Positions 36,513-44,774 of a stretch of DNA of 64,000 nucleotides are shown in pieces. The notes beneath the pieces were generated by a model that was given only the letters and a program-made list of their open reading frames with translations, did no database searches and was not told the DNA's origin. The stretch covers positions 620,001-684,000 of the forward strand of contig NC_000964.3 of assembly GCF_000009045.1 (NCBI RefSeq). Direction: 5' to 3'. The translations under genes and the position numbers were made by a program. Position 1 is the first letter of the stretch. The number at the start of each line of letters is the position of its first letter. Source of the stretch: Bacillus subtilis subsp. subtilis str. 168 (GTDB taxonomy: Bacteria; Bacillota; Bacilli; Bacillales; Bacillaceae).

Positions 36513-37697
36513 TTGAGGTTGATATCTTTGAAAGTTGTTAGTTTATTCTCCGGCATAGGCGGAATAGAGCTTGGCCTTCATCAGTCAGGACATACAACAG
36601 AAATATTTTGTGAGGTTGATCCTTTGGCAAAAGCTGTTTTATCAAAAAACTTCCCTGGCGTTAAGATAGAAGATGATATTAATGAAATTAGAGAGTTACC
36701 AAGCTGTGATTTAGTTGCGGCAGGGTTTCCATGCCAAGATTTAAGTCAAGCTGGAGGTAAAGAAGGGATTGACGGATCACGCTCCGGTTTAGTTAAGAAA
36801 CTATTTGAACTTATAGAAAAGAAAGAACATGCAAATCGCCCTCCATGGATACTAATTGAAAATGTCCCATATATGTTAAGGTTAAACCGTGGTAAAGCTA
36901 TGTCATATTTAACATCTGTCCTTTCTGAATTAGGTTATACTTGGGCATATCGAACTGTTGATGCTCGTTGTTTTGGTTTACCGCAACGAAGACATAGAGT
37001 TATTTTGTTAGCCTCTTTATTTGAAGATCCAAAAGATGTGATTTTTTCACAGGATCATTCAGAACCAGATTTAGATGGAAAGCCTTCTGTTGTGGATCAT
37101 TCCAACTATTATGGTTTTTATTGGACGGAAGGGTTAAGAGGTGTCGGCTGGGCACGTGAAGCAGTTCCACCTATAAAATGCGGATCGTCTGTAGGTATAG
37201 CCTCTCCACCTGCAGTTTGGTCTCCTTACGAGGATATAGTAGGGACCATTAATATAAGGGATGCTGAGCGCCTACAAGGATTCCCGGAAGATTGGACAAA
37301 TATCACTACTGAAACAGGTAAGGATATAAAAGAAGGTGCCAGATGGAGATTGGTGGGAAATGCTGTTTCGGTAAGGGTTTCTAAATGGATTGGTGAAAAC
37401 TTAAGTCAGCCAAAAGGGTCGATATCAGATTTTGAAGGTGAATTAGTGACCAAGACTTGGCCAAGTGCAGCATGGGGGTACGGAGATAAAAAGTATAAAG
37501 TTCCCGTATCAAAATGGGTTGCAAACACAGAACAAATAGCTATTTCAGAGTTTTTAAATCATCCATTAAAACCTTTATCTGCTAGGGCATTAAACGGTTT
37601 TTTAGGTAGAGCAGCCAGGTGTACAAATGTAAATTATTCGGATGAATTTATTAACTCGTTAGAACGTTGTAAGGATAGGCAACTTCAAAAGGTTTAA
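36513..37697 (+). CDS. ydiP: C5-cytosine DNA methyltransferase, BsuM modification subunit 2
   Basis: FSGIGG, GFPCQD, ENVP, PQRRHR and AERLQGFP...VGNAV motifs; start may be slightly downstream (MISLK or MKVVS). Confidence 0.95.
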   Translation: MRLISLKVVSLFSGIGGIELGLHQSGHTTEIFCEVDPLAKAVLSKNFPGVKIEDDINEIRELPSCDLVAAGFPCQDLSQAGGKEGIDGSRSGLVKKLFELIEKKEHANRPPWILIENVPYMLRLNRGKAMSYLTSVLSELGYTWAYRTVDARCFGLPQRRHRVILLASLFEDPKDVIFSQDHSEPDLDGKPSVVDHSNYYGFYWTEGLRGVGWAREAVPPIKCGSSVGIASPPAVWSPYEDIVGTINIRDAERLQGFPEDWTNITTETGKDIKEGARWRLVGNAVSVRVSKWIGENLSQPKGSISDFEGELVTKTWPSAAWGYGDKKYKVPVSKWVANTEQIAISEFLNHPLKPLSARALNGFLGRAARCTNVNYSDEFINSLERCKDRQLQKV

Positions 37698-37724
37698 CTT
37701 TTCACATTAAAGAGAGCATACTAA

Positions 37725-37762
37725 AAAGTATCGGAGCTGGATAAAACCAGCTCCGTTTTTTA
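37725..37762. terminator. terminator after ydiP, shared with the convergent pseudogene
   Basis: CGGAGCTGG-ataaaa-CCAGCTCCG plus T tract. Confidence 0.85.
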
Positions 37763-37792
37763 TCTTTAATTTTTTTTGCATTATTCCATCTT

Positions 37793-39310
37793 TTATTCGA
37801 CCAGTTCCATAAACTCCTTTTCAATTCTTTGGGGGTTTCGGGTCTCGGCAAGACTTTCATCTACCCTGAAGTAGAATTTGATTTTTGGTTCTGTTCCTGA
37901 AAGTCGCAGGCACATCCAGGGATCCGACTTCAAGAAAACATTTAAGAACATTTGACTGTGGAAGGCCCATGAGTTCCTCAGGGCCTTCCACAGTCTCTCG
38001 ATTCCGGTCAAGTAATCCTCAACAGTGGTAACCTTGACGGAACCAAAGCTGGCCAAATTCAGAACGGAAGGCAGCGAGGGTCTGCTGAATCAGTTCTGCC
38101 CCTTCTTTTCCCTTTAGTGTTAATGAGCGCAGGCCTTCCTGAAAGTAGCCATATTCTTCAATACTAAGGAGAGCTTCGTATAGTGAAATCCTTTTTTCTT
38201 ATAGTAAGCACATACCTCAACTGCAAGGACATCCGTCTGAACAGCATCCTTGTCTCGGACAAAGTCGCCAATCAGATAGCCATAGCTCTCTTCGTACCCA
38301 AAGAGGAAATTATGTTCTCCTGTCTTGTAGTAGCCATTAATCTTTCTGGCAATGAACTTAAATCCCGTTAATACACCGATTGTTTCGACTCTGAAAGAGG
38401 TTGCAACTTCCCTCCCAAGCTCCGAGGTAACAATCGTTTTAAGAACGATCCCATTAGATGGAAGTGTTCCTTTCTTTTTTATTTGGGTTAAGATATAGTG
38501 GAGCAGAAGTGGCTCGGTTTGATTTCCGGTTAAAACCGTATACTCACCATTTTCATTTTTAACAGCAATTCCAAGCCTGTCTGCATCGGGATCTGTTGCA
38601 ATTAAATATCGGCGTCAATTTGCTGCCTTCCCTGATGGCCAGCTCAAACGCGGCATGTTCTTCAGCATTTGGACTGGTGATAGTGGAAAACAGAGGGCAG
38701 GCTGCTCCTGTTCTTTTCCCACCGCTACATGCTTGTAGTTCATTGCCGCCAAGGCCATTGCAGTAGATTTGCTGTACCATGAAGCGGCGTAAATACAACC
38801 TTGATGTCTGTTTCATCTTAAATATTTGAGTTTTCTGAAATAGTTCAAGGTATGCCTTGTCCACCTCTGCGCTATATTTTGATCAGGCCCTTTGCTAGGA
38901 GGAAGCTGGCCGCCATCTGGCCCATAAACTTTATATCCATTGTATTCAGGCGGGTTATGGCTCGCAGTCACAACAATACCGGCAAAACCATGAAGGTGAC
39001 GTACTGCAAACTTAACACGGTTGTAGGCCTTAATGACTCGAAAACGTATGCGCTGGATGCCAGTGTCCTGGCGGCTTCCATTATAAAAGCCGCCAACCCA
39101 GCAGAAACTTTCCTTAACGTATAGATGTCATCCGGTTTGTTCCAGCTCCAATTTCCCCGCGCATGCCTCCTGTTCCATATCCCAAATTCCTTATAAAAAG
39201 CATCTTCCAGGTCTTTCTCATTCCTTCCTGATTTACCCAACCCCGATTTTAGCTCGGTGCAAGTTGACTAAACTGTAGCCATTTTTCTGTTTTGTTTTTC
39301 CAGCCTATGA
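37793..39310 (-). pseudogene. ydzW: phosphoglucomutase (PgcA-like) paralogue, heavily decayed
   Basis: Pieces: GTGGMRGEIGAGTNRM; [18 protein letters not shown] (phospho-Ser motif); [13 protein letters not shown]; TGFKFI; FGYEESYGY; RDKDA; SGTEPKIKFYF. Confidence 0.9.
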
Positions 39311-39622
39311 TTGACCTACAATAAAATAACATTATTGTTCATTATAATATAGTCTAGAGGTTTTCGAACGACGACTTTCTGACATAAATCGAGTGCTCTT
39401 GTCTGATTATGTCTAGTTATAGTTGGTTTTTTTTATTTTGTCTCTAAATTTGATGAGATCATGGTGGCGAGGAATTTCTTTTTCGACAGCCCCAATCAGT
39501 ACCAATTCGATATTTGAATTGGTCTCTCAAACAATTCCATCCTCTTTATTTATTATGATACAATTATATTAATTAGAAAATACATACATATTAGCTTGTG
39601 TGATTTTATGGGGGTAAAATCA

Positions 39623-40564
39623 ATGACTTTTATAAAAAGATTAGAGGACGCTTATGAAACTCTATTAGGGAATTACCCTGCCGGAGTATCTAGTACCAGT
39701 ACTAGTAAGTATAACGAAATACGAAAGATTGTTTCAGAAGCCTTCTTGATCGGTGAAAATGAAGTGTATGTAACGGGAACATCAAGAAGGATTAGCAATT
39801 TGGACACTCGGTTTGCTCAAGGAAATCAACGGAATAAACATACCCGGATGGCAGTTGCTTTTATTTCTATACCTTCTGTGGACGATTCGGAATTAGATGA
39901 ACTAATTATAAGAACGAGAAATAGTGCAATTACAACCTCATCTAAATTCTGTAACGGGGAAGAAAGGGGCACGATTTTTGACGGAATATTACTTTTTTTA
40001 GTATTTGAGGGTGAAACCAAAGTGTATCCGCTAGCATTCTTAGTTTTCGAGAACGATTTTGAATTAAAGGAAAAGGCTGAGGAATTGATTCCAGGAATTG
40101 AACTCAAAGAATACCCGCGAGCTAATCAATCCCCAGCCCAGGAAAATAACAAAAGCGCTAAAAATGAAGATGAGGAAAGTGCAAAGAGCTATGTAGTCTT
40201 CCTTGATATTGAGGAAGATGGTTCTATTGTGGAATTTGTAGAAGATAAAGACAAAACCTATAGAATTGGTGATATGATTTGGACGGCTTCACATACTAAT
40301 GGTTCATCAGCTATCACACGCAGACTGGAAGTAATTGAAGTCGTTGAAAATCTTGTGGTGTGTAAGATAAAACATAAATATAATGAACCTGTTGATAAGA
40401 ATTCACTGCTTAAGTTTGTAAATATTGAACAAGATTTGATTTCATTTCTAGACTTACATCCAAATGTCCAAAATGGAAGTGAGGGATTTGTATCTGGGGA
40501 CATTGTTGATGAGAACGCTACTACATCATCGGATGACTTACCGGAAGACTTTGAAAATAACTAA
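39623..40564 (+). CDS. ydiR: BsuM restriction subunit (unknown fold)
   Basis: AT-rich ORF, first gene of the ydiR-ydiS-ydjA unit; role from prior knowledge of BsuM; start codon uncertain (39596-39623). Confidence 0.8.
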   Translation: MTFIKRLEDAYETLLGNYPAGVSSTSTSKYNEIRKIVSEAFLIGENEVYVTGTSRRISNLDTRFAQGNQRNKHTRMAVAFISIPSVDDSELDELIIRTRNSAITTSSKFCNGEERGTIFDGILLFLVFEGETKVYPLAFLVFENDFELKEKAEELIPGIELKEYPRANQSPAQENNKSAKNEDEESAKSYVVFLDIEEDGSIVEFVEDKDKTYRIGDMIWTASHTNGSSAITRRLEVIEVVENLVVCKIKHKYNEPVDKNSLLKFVNIEQDLISFLDLHPNVQNGSEGFVSGDIVDENATTSSDDLPEDFENN

Positions 40565-40595
40565 GCGATAAACTTTAAATAGGGGAAATGAACTG

Positions 40596-41627
40596 ATGGA
40601 AATATCCAAACAAACTTCAGATTTATTATTGAGCCTAGAAAAGAAAAAAGGCACTTTACCAAAATTCAGCGTTTTACGCAGTATTCCTAGGAATAGGATT
40701 ATTTATGGTGCACCAGGAACAGGGAAGAGTAATTATCTAGAAAGGGAAGTGGGAAAGATCTTTGGTGATAATCCATATGTATTCACCCGAGTTACTTTTT
40801 TCCCTGGTTATACATATGGACAATTTATAGGTGCTTATAAACCGGTTCCTATATATAAAAAATTAAGCGGTGAGGAAGAGATATTTAGTTCAAACTTTAG
40901 GGATAAGATGGAAAACTTTGAGCCAATGATTGATTATCAATTTGTTCCTGGCCCATTTATCGATGTATTAATTAAAGCTCTGAAAAATAGATACACTAAT
41001 TTTATATTAATTATCGAAGAAATTAATCGTGCCAATGCAGCAAGTGTTTTTGGTGATATTTTTCAATTATTAGACAGAAATAAAAACGGTGAAAGTGATT
41101 ATCCTGTTACATTCGGGCCGGACATTATGAATTATTTAGCGAGAAACGGAATTAAAGATGAAATGATTAAGCTACCATCCAATTTCTTTATTTGGGCAAC
41201 TATGAATAATGCGGATCAGGGTGTTTTACCGCTCGATACCGCTTTTAAGAGAAGGTGGTCATTTGAATATTTAGAGTTGGAAAAGTATAGAAAGGCAGTG
41301 GACTCTTGGAAGCTGAGCCTCAGATATAAAGGTCATAATAAAGTAATTATGTGGAATGATTTCCGAGACATTATTAATAAGCGTCTTAAAGGAAAAGTAC
41401 CAGAGGATAAGCTGCTTGGACCTTTTTTCCTGAAAGAAAGTGAACTGTGGAATCAGAATGTATTTAAAAATAAACTGCTTTATTATTTGAAGGAAGATGT
41501 TTTCAAGCATAATCCAACGATTGATTTTTTAAATGCTAGTACTTTCTCTGAGCTAATTGAAAAATATGATGGCTCGGATAACATTTTTACTTTTGACATA
41601 GATGATTCGTCTTTTGTGAGTGATTAA
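40596..41627 (+). CDS. ydiS: McrB-like AAA+ GTPase, BsuM restriction subunit
   Basis: Walker A GAPGTGKS, Walker B IIEEINR, McrB signature TMNNAD, D.AFKRRW. Confidence 0.92.
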   Translation: MEISKQTSDLLLSLEKKKGTLPKFSVLRSIPRNRIIYGAPGTGKSNYLEREVGKIFGDNPYVFTRVTFFPGYTYGQFIGAYKPVPIYKKLSGEEEIFSSNFRDKMENFEPMIDYQFVPGPFIDVLIKALKNRYTNFILIIEEINRANAASVFGDIFQLLDRNKNGESDYPVTFGPDIMNYLARNGIKDEMIKLPSNFFIWATMNNADQGVLPLDTAFKRRWSFEYLELEKYRKAVDSWKLSLRYKGHNKVIMWNDFRDIINKRLKGKVPEDKLLGPFFLKESELWNQNVFKNKLLYYLKEDVFKHNPTIDFLNASTFSELIEKYDGSDNIFTFDIDDSSFVSD

Positions 41628-41629
41628 CT

Positions 41630-43027
41630 ATGGATAAGTCAAGTAAGTTCTTCTTTGAAGATCAAAAATACAATAAAGAAAGGATTGTACGTGTACTCGG
41701 TGGTAATTTAGCTTTACTCAAAAGTAAAGGTATATTATATGAAGATTCTAGTGGGGATTTAATATTTAACTATGTAGGTGTTATATCTAATGGGCGCAAT
41801 GTAATATTCATTTTGCCTAAATACTGTAACAGGCACTTAGATGAACATTCAAAGCGGACTTTGTTTAATAAGTTGCTGAAGATTTTTAAAAAATATTCAG
41901 GTTTAAATAAAAGCCGGGAATCTGATTATTTCGTATCGGAGCTAGATAGTGATGAAGTCTCCGACTTTATGATAGCAGATTATTTGCTTAATGATTTCTC
42001 ATTGAATGGGTATTATCAAAAAAAATTTACTGAATATGAAATTGATGGAGAAGGAATTATAGATTGGAGTAAGACAGTTAATGAAATTACCCCAGTATTC
42101 TCAAAGGGAGTTCCATATTATTTCAGTACTTATAATGAAGTGGTACAAAAAGACGAGTATCACTTGATAGTTAAAATTCATAAATGGGCTTTAAGTAAAT
42201 ATTTTAATGATTTCGGAGTCATTTTAGGTTTTACGGGACTAGAATTTGATAAATCCTGTGATGGTATGAAAATTTTGGACTACGCTGATTTTTTTGGCTC
42301 AGTAATAAATAAAGAAATCGTGAACACATATGTTGATCGTGACGTTAAATTGTTAAAGGCATTGAAAACCGCAATTGATAGGGAAGAGAATCAGTTTTCT
42401 AAACGACCCACTCTTTCTCTGTATGGAACAAAATACTTTCACAGAGTATGGGAGGAAGTATGTAAGACCGTATTTTCCCATGTTAATGAATACGTAAAAA
42501 AGATATCAAGGCCAAATTGGATTAACTTTACGGATATAGAGGTTAATAAAGAGAAAAAAACACTAGAACCCGATATTATTAAGGCTTTCGAATACCGTTC
42601 AAAAGAATACTTTTTAATATTAGATGCTAAATATTATAATATAAATTTTGACGGAAAAAAGCTGGAGGGGAATCCTGGGGTTGAAGATATAACTAAGCAG
42701 CTGTTATATGATAAGGCACTTGAAAAACTGTCCAGAGGTAAAACAAAACATAATGCTTTTCTGTTTCCTTCCTCTAATTCAACCAATACCTTTAAAGTAT
42801 TTGGTTCTGTTGATTTTGATTTTCTTGATATAGCCGCTGTAACTCTTGTTTATATTTCTGCTGAACAAGTTTATAACTTATATCTTGAAAATAAAACATT
42901 TTCCACTGATGACTTATTTAAATTTGTAAGTGAAATTAATAAGTCAAAAAAACGACATAGCGTTATAACTTCAACATTGTATGGTAATATGTTTTTGTTT
43001 ACAAAAAGATTAAGTGATAAAAATTAG
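41630..43027 (+). CDS. ydjA: McrC/LlaJI-like PD-(D/E)xK nuclease, BsuM restriction subunit
   Basis: IIDWSKT and FHRVWEEVC segments; catalytic EPDII...ILDAKYY...DITKQLLY. Confidence 0.88.
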   Translation: MDKSSKFFFEDQKYNKERIVRVLGGNLALLKSKGILYEDSSGDLIFNYVGVISNGRNVIFILPKYCNRHLDEHSKRTLFNKLLKIFKKYSGLNKSRESDYFVSELDSDEVSDFMIADYLLNDFSLNGYYQKKFTEYEIDGEGIIDWSKTVNEITPVFSKGVPYYFSTYNEVVQKDEYHLIVKIHKWALSKYFNDFGVILGFTGLEFDKSCDGMKILDYADFFGSVINKEIVNTYVDRDVKLLKALKTAIDREENQFSKRPTLSLYGTKYFHRVWEEVCKTVFSHVNEYVKKISRPNWINFTDIEVNKEKKTLEPDIIKAFEYRSKEYFLILDAKYYNINFDGKKLEGNPGVEDITKQLLYDKALEKLSRGKTKHNAFLFPSSNSTNTFKVFGSVDFDFLDIAAVTLVYISAEQVYNLYLENKTFSTDDLFKFVSEINKSKKRHSVITSTLYGNMFLFTKRLSDKN

Positions 43028-43183
43028 TTCTAGAAGGTTAAAAGCCGATAACATAATACTTGTCCTCGGTTTTGTCCTCCTATAGTTTTAAAAATATTTA
43101 TCAGCATTAAATGTTAAGTCTAAAAAACAGTATTTTGAGCTGGTTTTTTTAATACTATTTTCAACTGTTATTAGTCGGAATGA

Positions 43184-43201
43184 ATGGGTTGCATGATGTA
43201 A
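43184..43201 (+). repeat. degenerate att core (copy of the groEL 3' end)
   Basis: ATGGGTTGCATGATGTAA versus ATGGGTGGAATGATGTAA at 31851-31868. Confidence 0.75.
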
Positions 43202-43279
43202 AACCGACAAAAAACTCTTGATAAACAGGGGTTTGTCGGCAACGGACTTTTATTTTTGATGCCCTTTTGGCCATTTGCA

Positions 43280-43360
43280 AATTTTCAAGGCTTCTCATGA
43301 GTTCACCGAACTTGTGAGAAGCTTCTTTTTTGATGTATAAATAAACATGTGTAGTGTGTA
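43280..43360 (-). pseudogene. C-terminal tail of a second tyrosine integrase
   Basis: Reads THVYLYIKKEASHKFGELMRSL, similar to the reconstructed tail of the first integrase (AHMTANMEK..SQQFSKLMKDLL) and at a similar distance from its att. Confidence 0.5.
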
Positions 43361-43600
43361 CAAGCTTACATGGCATTTCATTTATGGACCGCTTCTCTCT
43401 CTATTGCAGACAGGATACCCTATTGGTATACTCTCATACGACACAAAAAAGACCCAGTTATCTAAATAAGTAGTGCCACCCACTCTTAGACTGTTTCCCC
43501 TAGAAAAGCACTGTCAAAGAGGAATCCTGTTAAATCTTGTGCTTCTTTGCTTTTTTAGCTAAAAGACGATGTTTTCCTTGCAATAAGGAACTCGTCTTTT

Positions 43601-43936
43601 ATGTTAAATATAAAGAGCGACAGAATAATGACATCTGATCCCCAAAAATTCACTGTCGATGGAGTTAGATTCTTCCAACAGTACCTTAATAAAATCCGTC
43701 CCGACGCTATGGAGATAGACAACCTAATTATCAACTCTGATATTATCAAGGAGGACTTAATAGTGCATGTCTCAAAAATGATAGATCGTTTGGCTTTATA
43801 TGATTTACACAGAAAAAGAAGCATAGATAAACATTTTTCTGCTGCTTTTACAGTCGATATCAATGATAGAGAGGAATTTTACAGTGCAAATATAGCTGAT
43901 GTTTCAATTGATTTGAATGAATCTAGTGGTGTTTAA
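43601..43936 (+). CDS. ydjB: hypothetical protein YdjB
   Basis: 111 aa AT-rich ORF; no recognisable motif; start uncertain. Confidence 0.55.
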   Translation: MLNIKSDRIMTSDPQKFTVDGVRFFQQYLNKIRPDAMEIDNLIINSDIIKEDLIVHVSKMIDRLALYDLHRKRSIDKHFSAAFTVDINDREEFYSANIADVSIDLNESSGV

Positions 43937-44117
43937 TTGAATCTCATATTCTTCAGAAGAACCATTCAATACTTCTTGAACAATATTTAAAGTATTCATC
44001 AGCTTCCTCTACTGAAACAATATCTTCAATGAAATCGGAAAAGTATTCTAGTTCTGTTCTTGTTGGAAGAACTATTCTTAAGTATCCTAAAGGGTCTCTT
44101 TTAAATGAATATACCAT
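43907..44117 (-). pseudogene. small acidic protein gene with a 1-base insertion (unannotated)
   Basis: ATG 44117 after AAAGGAAAG; MVYSFKRDPLGYLRIVLP...SVEEADEY, then a shift at TTTAAA, then LNIVQEVLNGSSEEYEIQLNTT. Confidence 0.4.
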
Positions 44118-44150
44118 GATAAATCAGTCTTTCCTTTCTGTTTATTCTTA

Positions 44151-44669
44151 GTTAATATTGATCGTACAATTGAGTCGACAAGACAGGCTATTGTAGATTT
44201 ACGGGCGTTCATTCACTGGATAAAAGCAAATAAAAAAGGGCCTGTTATCATAGTCGGAGTAAGCCTTGGGGGATGGGTTACTAATCTAATTGCTACCCTG
44301 GAATCGAAAATTGATGTAGTGGTATCTATCTTTTATGCCAATCGCCTTTCTTATTCGATATGGAACACGATCCCAGGTAAATACATAAGAGAAGAATTAG
44401 AACAAAATGGTGTGACCTATAATGAGTTAATAAAATATTGGGATATCACAGATCCTAGTCAAGCCTTGCCGAAAGTTAATAAAGATAACGTACTGCTGAT
44501 TTCTGCTAAACATGATCAATATATTGACTTGAAAGATGCAGATTATTTATGGGAAAGTTGGGGGAGACCTACAAGATATGTCTACAATTGTGGTCATTCC
44601 GGTATTGTTCTTTGTCGCAAAAAGCTGGCAAATGATACGCTTTCCTTTATACGAGAAAAACTGGTTTGA
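44151..44669 (+). pseudogene. ydjC: 5'-truncated alpha/beta hydrolase (ORF 44319-44669 is only its distal part)
   Basis: The frame stays open upstream of the GTG with no start codon and contains GVSLGG (Ser); downstream KHDQY (Asp) and CGHS (His). Confidence 0.7.
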
Positions 44670-44693
44670 TACATTTGTAGACTTTAATAAGAA

Positions 44694-44731
44694 ACGAAAG
44701 GCCAACTGCGACTTCAGTTGGCCTTTCCTAT
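44694..44731. terminator. bidirectional terminator ydjC/gutR
   Basis: GAAAGGCCAACTG-cgactt-CAGTTGGCCTTTC. Confidence 0.8.
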
Positions 44732-44774
44732 TTATAATAAAGAAATTGAGTGAGATTGCTGACAGAACTACGTA

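Noticed and set aside
43161-43376. 71-aa minus-strand ORF as a functional gene
   Set aside because: It reads through the att repeat; only the central 20 or so residues look meaningful (integrase tail)
43985-43991. TTTAAAT slippery heptamer as programmed -1 frameshifting
   Set aside because: Restoring the protein needs a +1 shift and the heptamer is not in the required phase; a simple insertion explains it
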